Assembly: GCA_003344405.1 (NCBI GenBank)
Contig: NOWV01000122.1
Location: 62,001-126,000, forward strand
From: Trichoplax sp. H2
Taxonomy: Eukaryota
Direction of reading: 5' to 3'
Length of the DNA: 64,000 nucleotides
Shown: positions 50,454 to 64,000 of the stretch, piece after piece
Layout of the letters: each line of letters opens with the position of its first letter
Numbering within the stretch: position 1 is the stretch's first letter
The notes under the pieces: model-generated
Database searches by the model: none
The model's input: the letters and a program-made list of their open reading frames with translations, nothing else
What the model was told of the DNA's origin: nothing
Made by a program: the position numbers and the translations under genes

Positions 50454-52823
50454 GGATTTATCATCCGGGTATCTTGTTCATATAGGTTGTGGTAATTTAA
50501 TTGAGCTACCCAGGCTTCAAAAACTGTAAGTCAATCATGGTGAAATGTTACCATTTAGCGGTTACATTTTGCTTTACAGCGAAATGCACTTAACAAAACA
50601 ATCAAATACATGCTTTGAAAATTGAATCTCTAATATTTGCGTTTGTGTAGAGACTTTTAGAACTAGTACTAAAACTTTAATCTTAGTGAGTACCGTACAA
50701 TTAACATACCATTAATTAGGCCTGCTGTTAGCAATATATTCAAAAATTTGCCTGTTGAGTAACGCAAACATTATTTATTAAAGATTTGGAAATAGTATAT
50801 GTTACAATCTGGTAATTAGAATCTCATTCATTTGAATTAAAATGACTATATTGTTAAAACAATTTTGTAGCTTGCTGAAAAATTGCATAATTTGTACAAT
50901 TTGCGATCAAGCATTCTCAGCGCTACACAGCCTTACTCATCTGTAAATATATCGTTTTGATCCATTTAGAATTTGTTACTATTTGAGATACATTTATCAT
51001 GTGATAGTAAAGGCTTCACTATAAATAATGAGACAATACTTTAAAATATAAACATTTATGCAATTACAACTACAGTATATTAAAATACATTATTCTAATC
51101 TAGAATCTGTTGTAAGGGTTCTTCACATTTACCTTTTCTAATTATTGATATGCCTTATATCGGTAAAATTATGGTTATTAAGGCTATTTAAATCTACCCT
51201 TCCTTGCTATTTATTTTCTTACACCGGTATTGTTAAGTTTAGAATCACATGGAACTTATAATTACAAAACATAGACCGGAGAATAAAAATTTATAAATTT
51301 TTAAGATGCGGTAGTCGAATAGTTGAAAAACTAGGAAAACGAATTCAAACTATAATCTATAATCTGTTGTTGCTCTTTACTGCTACTTATTAAGCACTTG
51401 CAAAATTGCAGAGACCTTTCATCAATAAAATTGAACATTTTACCAATGCGACGTTTTATGGATTATCCTCCTTGCAAAATTTGTAAGAATCAAAGCCGTA
51501 GGATGAAACTCTGAAATGATCTGAAATATACTACAATTTTGGAATTTCGTTTTCTACACTTTATTTAATGGATAATTAACATTTCCAGATATTGACGCAA
51601 AGTTATACCAAGAAAATTACTGCTGATATTATATCACTAATATTTGCTATAATATTTGCTAATATGTATATCTGGAAACATAAAGAACAATGCATTACAG
51701 CATTTACCGATAGGCGTATTTATGAGCCTTCCTGCTTTGAAAAATTTGTAAATACAGCAATAAAATAAAATATTTGCTTAGTTCATTCCATCTTTTTATT
51801 TATTTACCTACCAGATAAATACATAATAATAAATTTTTACATAATCTTAATTCTATTGCAATTTATTAATTTAAACTAGAAATCTTGAAAATAACCGATT
51901 TCAAGCTATAGATAAAAAAAAATGCAACAGCCCTAGTAGATTGAAACCCATGCAAGCTTAATTTGTATTTATATTATATGTATCCCTATAACATTAAAAA
52001 GTAAATTAATTAATACTAATACTATTAAATTATCGAAATTATTCGTAAATTTTAATTATATCAGTCATTGTCTAGAACTAACGGTGTAAAAGCCTTTGCA
52101 GGAATTTCTGTCTTCGCGATCAGGTAACAGAACAGTAGTCTTGAAAATTATAGATGAATTATTCTATGACAGAGTACTCTGAGGTCATTATAATAAAAGA
52201 AAGACAGGGAGATACATCATATGTTGTTAAAGGCATTGTCGCTAATTATTTACTATCAAAAATTTATAATCAAGCGGTATTGTCAAACTAAACAGAATTT
52301 ATGCCTTTTAAGAAAATACCGTAACTAATCAGTATTGACGAAAAACTTCTAAAAATTGTGAAAAATAGCATACAAATATTTAAATGAGTGATTAAACCAT
52401 AGCTTGATTATTTTCAATTTCTTGATTAGTTTCAAAGATCATTGAGTTAAAATAGAATCGAAACATTGGATTGTAGAGCTCTTAGAAACTGTCAAAATAG
52501 TTTATAGGCCTTGTAAGTTATTATTAAAACTTAAGTGTGGATGGACTACTCATCACGTTAATATGCTCTCTATTCTTGTATAAAGAATAATTTTAAAACT
52601 TTATCGAATTAAGATACCGTACAGAACATTATGCTATGAACTTTGTGATGAAATCATGGTTACACTCGAGGATTTAATTCAAAGTCAATCTTCAATTTTA
52701 ACTATTGAAAGCATTACACAAATAGCCCAGGATGCTATAAAAGCTGTAATATCATTGCAATTATTCTTTATTGTCCATGGCGACATCTCGATGGATAATA
52801 TATTCATTGCTTTTTCTAGCAAG
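50454..52823 (+). pseudogene. Decayed gene with 72-nt LRR exons followed by a protein-kinase exon fragment
   Basis: LRR exons: 50454-50525; 50871-50942; 51412-51482 (71 nt, frameshift); 51676-51747 (acceptor AG replaced by GG); 51880-51951 (GC donor); ~52430-52512 (disrupted). Exon 52614-52823 encodes LCYELC..TLEDLIQ..LTIESITQIAQDAIKAV..L..FFIVHGDISMDNIFI (kinase subdomains V-VIb). Confidence 0.7.
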
Positions 52824-55800
52824 GTAAAATAGCAATTTTTAAACGTAGACTGTCACAAAAGTAATCTTCGTGACGTGTATATTATTTCTATGTTACCTTC
52901 TACAGTATATATGTTTCTATACCAGTAATGCTTACGGTCTCCTTAATTATAACTTTAGCAGTTAACAGTTGATGTGCTAGCAATCCTTAATTTAGGATAA
53001 GATAGACTAAAATAGTAATTGCCAGCTAGTTTAACTAGATTTTATCAATCACCTCGAAGGATTTTAAGGTTGAAGGTACAATTTCTAAGTTTAGATGAAA
53101 TACCTTAATAGCATAGCTAAATATATGTTAGCTGAACTTTTATTAAGAATTGGTCAATTTAATAGAATTAGATGGTATTTAATCCGTACATATCTGCCTA
53201 GAAATACCAACTGATTGCTATTCCAAACTACAGTAGTGAAGGTTGGAAAACACTCTCAAAACTTGTTGCAAGTTAGAGCTATTCCTAACTCGTAAAGTAG
53301 ACATTGTCTCGGAAACACTTTTATAAGGCATCATAGCAAAATTCACAAGTGCATTTATCTATTCGATCAAAAATGACCATTCTTATTAATATCTACAAAT
53401 TTAAAGTACTAAAGATATGGGCTATCTTTGAAGATATAACGTTCCTAACATAGCAAACATATGGATGACAAATTCTGATTAGGTATAGACTCTACAAGAG
53501 ACGTTAGCATCTTTTCTCTACTGCAGTTAAGATTCTTCTCTGCTCGGCTGATTATTAAGTCGACAAGATAAATAGAACGATTTCTATCGTTTGTATTATG
53601 ATTTTATATATCAAGCAAAGCTAATATTTGACCTATGACTCTGTCAGAGTACGGCAGTATTAACATAAACTGGCATTTGTAGGATTCTATTTTCTTTACT
53701 ATAAGGAAAGATTTAGAGACATAGTTACTCCTATAAATTCATGATTATTTCTAATCTTATCATAAGAAATGTTCATAATGGAGAATTTTTGAATCTGTAT
53801 TGGAATACTAAAATATAAAATTCTGAATTCTTAAAATTTTGATTGATGTAAACTAGTAGAAACTATCAGATACGTATAGCATACAACGTTACTAGCCACC
53901 AGTATTGTTTTTCTACCAAAGGCTTATGAAGAATGATAAATATATATTTAACCACTACCATAGAATTAAGTTAAGCTAAATCAAGAAGTTCTAAACTACT
54001 CACTTCAGATTTATGCAGTATTATCGCTCCTGTTGCGATAATATAAAGCTATTCTATATTTTTATAAGATTCTGGTAATATTTAATCCAAATATTACAGA
54101 GGACCACTTCAAAAGAAATCGCCAAATAGTCAGCTTTAGATGTAATTTAAATATGTACTTGCTACTTAATGATGATTGCAAAACTAGATCGATATAAATA
54201 ATTATACAATTATTTACCGAATTGTGCTATGCAAGGATAGTTTCTAGCTGATAGCTATGATCAAGTTGTACTTAAGAATTTAAATGTTAAGGGTGACGTA
54301 AGATCTTGATATTCTTTGATTGAACATTTATAACACATTGTCAACTCTTATAAATCAAGATCATTTTTGTTAATATATTAATAAATTGCTTATTGTAAAG
54401 ACTACTTAATGATATAGTAACGGAAATAAAATAATTAATGGTTAATAGGAAAAGAAAATTAAGGCGTTACTAGGCAATTTCTCATCCGCACAAGTCTTTC
54501 AAAATCATATCATAAAATTTCCTGAAATATCAATTTCTTATGGACGGAAATTATCACTTATGTGATGGCTTGATAGAATTTTGTCAACTCAGGATCGATG
54601 ATCAAGACTGCCATTTATCGAGAGAGCAATTGTCTAATTAGTGGCTTGCAGCTCAAGAACGGGTAATGTACATGATAGTCATTTTTGCAATAATCATTAA
54701 CTTATTTTCTGTGGGTAAAAATCGCAGTTTGCCGGTTTTATTTTAGCGTATGTGTCTGCACTCAAATTAATTTAATATTATCCTCTTACCTTTAAATTTA
54801 GCTTCAAAATTTAAAATCCAACTGTCTAGACAGAAAACTAAATGGCATGAAATGTATTGATGACCATCTTGCACCTTATCCCAAATCAGTATCCACTATT
54901 TAATACTCGTAGTCCCTAGATGATGCTTGCGCTAAAGGATAACTTAAGGATATTGGCTCGTAAGTGAAGGATCAGTAATAACTATAGTAAAATTATATTA
55001 CTTTATTGAAATCATGAATAAATGCGTTAACAAGATCATTTGCCACTTATTCGAAAATAAATTGCAGCTGCTCCATGTTTTAGGATATCTCTCAAATATG
55101 ATGTGCCCTAAATGTATTAATTTGCCTTGTTTGAAAATTTTCATTAAATCATATCAATTTCAGCATTCTATAGGCTGAAGTAATGCAGTTTAAAGTACAA
55201 GTAATTCGACTTTACCCATAATTTATAGTACAGCTAGTCAGCTTGCCTTAATATATTAGCTTAATCTTATTTAATTCAACCGCTTAATCAAATTCGCCTT
55301 TCTAATTCATTGACAAGATTAATGCCGAGTAAGATTCTGCAAATTAATTTATGGAAGTACTCATGCTCATTTCAGAATCGATTTAATGACGAGGTCACTG
55401 GATTAATTCATTAGCGGAATTAGCGTGACTTTTGTGGTGGCATCCTATCTCAATTCTAAAAGTCACTTTCTGTTGTTAGTTTTCCAAGCTGTTATTCGTT
55501 AATTCTAACAATTTTAATAGATGATTATTTACCCAGACCAATAGACTTGCAATTGATTCCCGCAATTTACCAATAAATGAAGTTTGCTCGTCATTGTAGA
55601 AGTCATATCATGATTAATGCAAAGAAAAGGATAATATCAGTTTATTTCATCATTGCATCATTAAAAGCAGTATTTTTCATTGGATATGATCATGTAAAAT
55701 AAGTTTGATCATTAATTTGCTAAGATTTCAACATTATTTTGGGCATTGCCTAACAATGAGATCTTACCATAACACTTCTTCTATGATTATCATTTATTAC

Positions 55801-57837
55801 AGTCTGACTAAAAATAGTCATTTGAGTAGTTATATGCAGATTTTCAAAATGAAAATTACATCATTGGAAACAACATTATCCATCGTATACAATGATATAA
55901 ATAGGATTAATTATTCGATTTTAACTTAATAATTGTAATACACATGTTGTAATAAAGTCGACTATACTTTATTCCGCTCTGCTGCTACAGCTTACAATAA
56001 AGTTAGTCAACTGAATGCAGATAAAAGTCTGCTTTATTACATTTTATAAAAATTCTAGACTCGTGTAAGCAGGTCTAAAAAATAACAAAGTATTCAGCAT
56101 TTACTCCAACTCGTTACAGATTAAAGTTATACCTTTAGAATTAGCGTCTTGCACTTGCTAACATTTCAATATTATTTCGGGTACTGTTCAGCTTGGAGAC
56201 TTGTCCCTTACGTCCTAAATTTCGTTCGTTTAGTTGTAATTAAACGTCTTATTTCCACTATACAGTAATATAATAAAAGTAATGGGTAAATTTTAATAAC
56301 AGTCGTGCAGATGTTGACGATGACTTTCATATAATTAGAACCAGCATTTTTCACTGTATGTGATAACATAAATAAGTGTAATAATTTGCTAGGATATCAA
56401 CACTACTTCAGGCATTATTCGATTTTAGGTTTTCTAATGCACTTATGCCATAAATTTCATTCGTCCTATTCTAAATAAAGATCTTCACTTGTATAACTGT
56501 AATGTAGTTCTTCAAGATGACAGTTGTATCATTGGAAATAGCAGCAAGCTGCCATGTATATGTTATACACAGATCATGATATTGATAGGAGCAATTAATC
56601 GATTTTAATGGATGTGATGCAGATACTCAAAGATAACAGTGATCTCATTAGCGACAGCATATTTCCCGGTATACTGTACATCTGTTGCCATATATAAGAG
56701 TAACAATTTGCTAAAATTTCAACATTATTTCAAGTATTGTCCGACTTTGGGGCTTGTCCATAACTTCTTGGTACGGCCCAACGTTCAATATTGTCTACCC
56801 CTCTATTCCTTTTCTATCTATTTTAATCGTTTGTCACTATGAAGTTTTGTAACAATTTCATTAGCACTATTGTCATTATATCATTATCATGTAAAGAAGA
56901 TTGAATTAACGTCATGCATTTATTAAGAATCAATGCAATTATTATCATATTGACAAAAGAAGAATCCATGAAGAAGAATGGTAACTATGTTATTATTGAA
57001 ATCGGATCTAATTAGTTCATTGATGGAAATAATATCATGTTAATTGATTTTTATCGCTTAATTTACTTGTAATCTTATCCTACTATTTATGAGATATTGA
57101 AATAGCTACTTGGCTAATCTAATACAATTAGGACTCTTGTTCCAGTATGGTAACTTACTGGAATAGAAACGAAAATGGACGCCTTCCAGCAGGACACCAC
57201 CAGCGTTTACGGATAACATGATTGCATCAATGCTATTGTTATTCCAGTGGGTGATGGGTGATGTATTTTCTACCTGGTTTCTAACCATATTATTCACTTT
57301 AGGTTGGGTCTTTCTTTTTTATAGTTATTTGCAAACGCCATCATGACTGCATAGCCCTATATATCTACTATTCACTTGATGAGGACAGTGGTGTAGTTGG
57401 AAGATGAATTATTGCTAGTCTTACCGGTACATCTATACACTAGTTTACATCACTATTTTAGCCAGTTCAACTATAACAATTAACAATTACCACGATAACG
57501 GGTTAAATATCCTTGGCTGAAAAGGATACTTAACTACAAGTAATAATAATAAAAGTAATTTAGATTTATTTTAAATGATTACAAGATCAATTTAATTTTA
57601 TCTTTCATCCATTCTAATATTGGTTAACGATTTGACTCCAAGTAAAGTCAAGAATTGGACGCGTACTGGACTTCCTTTAGAGAAAAATCTCCATTGGAGT
57701 CCAGTCAGTCAACAAAGTGACTACCTGTTGGATAACGTTTTAACTAGCAAGGAGGAATAAATAACCATAGAAATTTGCTTGAAGACGTTGAAAAAAGATT
57801 TCGTAGACTTTAACAAGGTACCCACTAATACATTAAC

Positions 57838-60800
57838 ATGGTTATCGAGAAAGATATTATACGCCATATATTTCTAAAGCCAGATGGCTCTGGTTTAAAT
57901 GAAGAATTAACCGCAGAACAATTGCAACAACTTCATATATCATTACGCCATGAGAAATTAAGTATACCACAAGTTGAGGCATCCATCGAATATGTCTGTT
58001 CTGGAACTACATGCCATCCTGATGAATTGTTTGATGTACTCCATGAAATGGATCGTCGATTTTTTTTAGCTCGAGATTTGCGTTGGGAATTTTCTTTGAT
58101 GGATACGGAGAGAAGAGGGACTATTTCAGTCATGGAGGGGCGCTTTTTATGCCAAGGTACACATAAAGAATTATTTTCACCAAGACGATGGAACCGATTA
58201 ATCAACAGAAGGCCATTACCTAACGCTGCTGTCAGTTTCGAAGAAATCGAAGTCGAGTTATGCAATATACCAACGCCAGAAATGGTACTGATGGACAAAT
58301 TAGAGGAAGAGAGAGAATTACTAGGTAAAATCCAGGCGGGTAACTACGCCAATAACCTCTATCTTTCATCTTCTTTTATTCCTACTATCTATCTCGGGTT
58401 GTAACTTGTAAGCGACTCTTATTCAAAATCACTGTTCCAATTCATATTTCCATCTTCCGTGCTAATTGATTTTTTATATCCATCAACGTTTGCATGTTCA
58501 AGCGACTGTAATTAATATATATTGGTCCTCTTCCGTATTATAATATTTCTTCACATCCATCTTGGCTTGTAAGATACCGTTATTAAAAATTACAGTTGTT
58601 ACTCCTATTTTACATCTTCCGTTTTACTTTTATTCCAGAAATCCTCTAACGTTCCGTTTTTAAACGAACGATTATAACATTATACGGATCGTAAATTAAC
58701 ACTTACCTGTCCAAGAGACTGTTATTAAAATCTCCTTTGTCATTCTTATTTTGCATCCTCCGTGTTATTTTATTCTTCACATCCATTCATATTTACATGT
58801 TTAAGCGACTATCATTGAAAATCACCGTTGTCATTCCTATTCTCCATCCTCCGTGTTATTTTATTCTTCACGTCCATTTATATTTGCATGTTTAAGCGAC
58901 TATCATTGAAAATCACCGCTGTCATTCCTATTCTCCATCCTCTGTCCTATTTTATTCTTCACATCCATTCATGTTTGCATGTTTAAGCGACTATCATTGA
59001 AAATCACCGTTGCCATTCCTATTTTCCATCCTCTGTCCTATTTTATTCTTTACATCCATTCATGTTTGCATGTTTAAGCGACAATCATTGAAAATCACCG
59101 TTGTCATTCCTATTTCCCATCCTCCGTATTATTTTATTCTTCATATCCATTTATCCTTGCATATCCAACCTGTCCAAGCTACTGTTATATATTGACGTTC
59201 CGTGTATTTTATTCTTCACACCCTTCAGTACCTGAATGTCTAAGCGACTGTTTATTAAAAATCGCCGTTGTCATTCCTATTTTTTATGTTCCGTGTTATT
59301 TTATTCCTCACGTCCATCGACACTTGTTATGTCCAAACGGCTGTTTTGAAATACACAGTTGTAATTGATTTTTCAATCGTATTAATCGATTCAATAGCGT
59401 AGACACTTTGAAAAGAAGGATCAATTAGGCCTGGTTGGATAAATCTCTTTCCTTATGCACAGTAGTTTATGGATAAAATAGTTATACGCTATCTGCAAGC
59501 TGGACATCATTGATGAGGACGGCGCATTTTTTTCTTAACCAGCTTTCGCAGGAATAGGCTTGTTGTCATCGATATCCATTCGTATTTTCTTGATATCAGT
59601 CTCTGCCTACTTCAGTGGAAAGTGAAATGGAAGATATAAATCTGTTGACTTTCATACTGATTTATTGATAACTTAAATCATTCTTTTTATATACGGATCA
59701 AGAGAAAATATTTCCATTAAATGATCCAATATTGGGTCATTTAGAGATTTTCTCAATGCATTTATCGTCGTGATGAACATTTATAGAACGGTAGAATTAC
59801 TGTACGTCAATGGTTAACTTTAAATACTAATTCGTAAAAGACAATCGGCCAAAAATAATTAATTTGTCAAGCTGCTTCCTACTGATTCTGATTACTATGA
59901 TTCCTTTCTGTTCTCGTCCTTTAGAACGTGCTCGCCAGCAGGAGGCAAGAGCGAAATCGGCCATCAGAAAGCGTACCAAATCAGGTAGAGTAATTCATTG
60001 GATTCCATTTTTGTCATACGCAACAAGGGAAACCTACAGTAGATCTGATCAATTAGGAAAACTCAATTTCTACTGTAGTTATCTAATCCACAATAAGCCA
60101 ATAACGAACACATCAGAGTTCGGTTCCCTTAATTAATTTTATTACAAGAGTAAAAAATGTAATGATTGCTGACAATTTTGAGTGACATACCATATACTTT
60201 ATGACTCTAAATTCAGACTTTTACTGTCTTCATCCTTCTACATTACCCTCAATATCTGATTTAAATTTGAGTATATTGCCACGGTATAAATTGCTGTCTA
60301 TGTTGTGCTTTTGCTCTTCTTATCCTATCTATCCTTACCCACAAAATCTTACTTGTTGGCTCCAAATGAAAGTGGCTTGTCGCAGAGTAAATTACTCGAA
60401 TTGTTCCCATTTTACTATTCTATTCCATCCTAAAAATGTGAAAAAAACACAGTATATGCTTTCAATTTTGAGTGGCTGGCCATAGTGAAAATAACTCTAA
60501 ATGGCCAAGGTAACTCGTCCTTTCCTACGCAAGTAGCATCACATTATCCACCTTAATTTGAGAGGCTTGCCATAGAGAAAATAGCCCTGAATGTTCAACT
60601 CTTGCTCATCTCGTCCATTCCTATAAAAGTCAAAGCACAGTGTTGGCCTTCATTTTAAGCGGTTTGCAGATTTTGCAAGTCTTGTCCTACAAAAGTTATA
60701 ACACAGTAGTAGCCTTCATTTTGAGTCTCTCTCAAATTTTGCTCGCTCTTTCCTACAAAAGTAAAATCAGAGTATTTGCTTCAATATTGGGTGGCTTGCC

Positions 60801-63800
60801 ACAGTAAAAATGACTGTCAGCCATCAGTTCCCGCTCGCCCTTTCCTGCAGAAGTAAAATCAGAGTATTTGCTTCAATATTGAGTGGTTTGCCACAGTAAA
60901 ATGACTGTCCGCGTTCAGCTCTTGTTCGCCCTTTCCTATAAAAGTAAAATCATAGTATTTGCTTCAATATTGAGTGGTTTGCCATAGTAAGAATGTCCGT
61001 CAGCTTTCAGTTCGCCACAGTAAAAATGACTGTTAGCCTTCAGCTCTTGCTTGCTCTTTCCTAAGAAGTAAAATCACAGTATTTGCTTCAATAATGGGTG
61101 GTTTGCCACAGTAAGAATATCTGTCAGCTTTCAGCTCTTGCTTGCTCTTTCCTATAAAAGTAAAATCATAGTATTTGCTTCAATATTGAGTGGCTTGCCA
61201 AAGTAAAAATGACTGTCCGTGTTCAACTCTTGCTCGCCCTTTCCTACAAAAGTAAAATCAAAGTATTCGCTTCAATATTGAGTGGCTTGCTACAGTAAAA
61301 ATGGCTGTCTGTGTTTAGCTCTTGCTCGCTCTTTCCTATAAAAGTAAAATCACAGTATTTGCTTCAATATTGAGTGGCTTGCCAAAGTAAAAATGACTGT
61401 CCGTGTTCAACTCTTGCTCGCCCTTTTCCTGCAGTAAAAATGGCTGTCAATGTTCAACTCTTGCTTGTCCTCTTCTACAAAGTAAAAGGAAAGTTTCTGC
61501 TTTAATGTTGAGGAGTTTGCCATCATAAAAATGACTATCCATATTCAACTCCGGCTCAGCCTTTCCTACAAAGTAAAATTATAGTTTCAGCTTTCAATAA
61601 TTATTAATGAACGGTATGCCAATTGCAATAGTAACTGTCAATGTTCAACTTTTTGCTCGTCCTTTTCCACAGATACAAAATAGTTAGTCGTAGCTTTCAA
61701 GGTTAGCTGTTGCCATCCATGAGTCTATTTGGTCAGCTATCGTATTTTATCCCGGTATACCACTAAATGCCCTATCCTGTAAGATGATCTCTATCATCAT
61801 CGACTCCATTAAAAAGTCATTATTCACCTTGTAATTATTCCAGCTGATGGCAGTAGTAGAAATGTATGTCGAAGGTTGCGTCGTACTATTGGAAGTAAGC
61901 TTTCATTGTGGGACGTAGATTAATCCTTTCTATTTCATCTAGTCATTGTAGATCATGTTATAAATGATGGCTATAATGGCCATGTTAGCACCTTGACCAG
62001 TACTTTCTGACATGATAATAATATAGTAGCCTGGCTGGATCATTTCTAAACTTATGTTCATATCCAATGGAACGCCAAGTGCTCAACAACTTCAACAGAC
62101 ATGTATTATTAACTTCTCTTTCAATCCTACTATTTTCACCTTGTAGGTAGTTTTGGAGAGATAATGGAGGAAGATCGATATAAAGTCGATGCTGTCGATG
62201 CTTCTACTGTTTCTACTGCTGCTACTGCTGCTGCCGTTAGTATCCAATCCGGTAGTCAATTAAAGAAGCCAAAAATTCAAGTTACTCCATCGGAAATTAT
62301 TCGTAAAGCCGACGCTGAAGCACGCTCGGTTAAAATGCAATCCAATGATGAAGTCGATACCATTAGGCGTAAAGCCAAATTAGCTGCCAAAAGTGTTCTT
62401 TCCAAGTGTGATCAAGAGATTGATAAATTACAAGATCGTTATGATCGTAGAATCGCTATTATTGAAGGTAGAGCTGATGATAGGATTGCTAGGGTGATCA
62501 GAGTTGCACAACAAGAAGCCAACGAAGCTCGAGCTGCTGGTAAGATGAAAGAAGCTAAAAAAATTATGGAAACAGCTGAAATTGAAATTAACAATTTACG
62601 AGCTAAAGTGGATTTAGAAATTACTGAGTTAAAGCGTGAACATAACGACACCATTGCTGAAATGAAACGCCAAGCGGAACACGAAGCCAATCAAATTACC
62701 ACCGAAGCAGAATTGGATGCCATTAAAATCCTAACTACTGCTCAAAGTCAATATACCTCTATCGTTATGGGAAGTAAAGCGGAAGCAGTACTCTTGCAAA
62801 CCGATCCAGACAGCAAGCAAACTGCTTCTAGTAAGCCATCTTCTAAGGTGGAAAATAAGAAAGGAGCACAACCATCCGAACCAGCAGATACATTATTGTC
62901 CCGTGCTGAAGGGAAAGCAGCAGCTATTGAATTACAAAAAAATGGCGAGGCTGAGGTAGCCTTAATTCAAGCTGGTGGTGAAGAAAATATTATACGCAAG
63001 AGAGCCATAAGTCGATTACGTGAAGAAGAAATTAAAAAATCCAGTTGTTCTGAAAGTGTTAACCTGTTAAAGAAGGAAGCCGATGCTATTATGGCTAGAG
63101 CGAAAGCTTCCGCTGCTGAAGCTATAGTTAATTCTGAACGAGAATCGGAAAGATCCAAAGGCTATGGCGATGTTACTACAGCGGTAAAAATGACTGCTAA
63201 TGGCACAATTGAAGAGGCAAGAGTGTTAGCTGAAGGCAAAAGTAGAGCACAACAGTTAAAAACCGATGCCAATATTGCAGCCATTACCATTGAAGCCGAA
63301 GAAAAAGCGGCGACAGTTTTAATCAAAGCTGAAGAAGAAGCGCAAATTATTTATAAAAAGGCAAGAGGAGAAGCGGATTCTATTCGATTGAAAGCAGAAG
63401 GTAAAGCGGAATCGATCAAAATTATTGCTGAAGCTCAAGCGGAGATTGCTGAAAAGAATGGCGATCCAGCCAAAGCGGAACAAATTCGAGCTTCTGCTCG
63501 AGCGGAAGCAGCTCAAGTATTAGCACAAGGCAATGCTGAAGCCGCTAAATTGTTAGCTAAAGCTAACATTGAAGCCAAGAAAGTAGAAACCAAGGCTAAA
63601 CTAGAGCATGCTAAATTGCTTTCTGATGTTCAAATTAAATCCATGAAACTGAAAGAAAATGCCGAAATACGATCGAAAGAACTAATTCACGATAGCGAAG
63701 TTGCTACTTTAACCATGAAATTGGAAGCAGATGCTAAAGTAGCTGAAATTAAAAAGGATTTTGTCTACGCTAGTCGATGTAAGGCAGAAAGTAAAGCACA

Positions 63801-64000
63801 AAGTAAAATTATGGCGATTAATGTTGAAAAAGAGTTGAAAGAATATCAAGCTAAAAATGCCATCAAATTAGTAGAATTAGAAGGTCAAAATCAACATGAT
63901 CAAGTCATGATTAGTGTCGAAGGCGAAGCGAGTATCATTATTGCTGAAGCGAAAGGAGAAGCGGAAGCCATACGTGAAATTGCCAATGCTAATGCAAATA
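57838..64000 (+). CDS. Uncharacterised protein with an EF-hand-like N-terminal domain and a long Ala/Glu/Lys-rich coiled coil, 3'-truncated (exons 57838-58324, 59925-59984, 62147->64000)
   Basis: LRWEFSLMDTERRGTISVMEGRFL is an EF-hand-like helix-loop-helix. Phase-1 junctions are compatible. 62147-64000 is open to the window end, so it is missing from the ORF track, and contains AExxAxxI repeats. Confidence 0.78.
58400..59360. repeat. 91-bp tandem repeat (intronic, ~10 copies, divergent at the edges)
   Basis: ttaagcgac(t/a)atcattgaaaatcacc occurs at 58801, 58892, 58983 and 59074. Confidence 0.88.
60360..61680. repeat. ~91-92-bp tandem repeat (intronic, ~13 copies)
   Basis: The unit gtaaaatca.agtatttgcttcaatattgagtgg.ttgcca.agtaaaaatgactgtc occurs at 60761, 60853, 60944 and onward. 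Confidence 0.88.

Noticed and set aside
55700-56800. Recurrent aatttgcta..atttcaacattattt motif (also faint repeats at 5040-5440, 11230-11400 and 44780-44960)
   Set aside because: Old degenerate local duplications, too decayed to define or interpret.

Overview
AT-rich, intron-dense eukaryotic (animal) genomic DNA. Short GT-AG introns and a compact gene layout suggest an early-branching metazoan such as a placozoan, but that is an inference. Genes assembled by hand from splice sites: the 3' part of a THSD7-like TSP1-repeat gene ending in EGF-like and CUB domains (+); a 10-exon gene for a predicted N-myristoylated protein with an EPS8-type PTB domain and a Gln-rich tail (-); NUP62 (+); a PLC-like/PRIP (PLCL) gene with an AT-AC minor-spliceosome intron (-); tRNA-Lys(TTT) (-); ACTL6/BAF53 (-); a decayed LRR plus kinase gene (+); and the 5' part of an EF-hand-like protein with a long hendecad coiled coil (+). 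There are many tandem arrays. The most striking non-coding signal is that copies of promoter-proximal arrays differ by stacked 5-bp CAG-TA or CTG-TA insertions at TA sites, which is the Tc1/mariner excision-footprint signature. A 182-bp TA-flanked MITE still sits in one of these hotspots. A 20-N gap joins two overlapping sequences that differ by three repeat units, probably two haplotypes.
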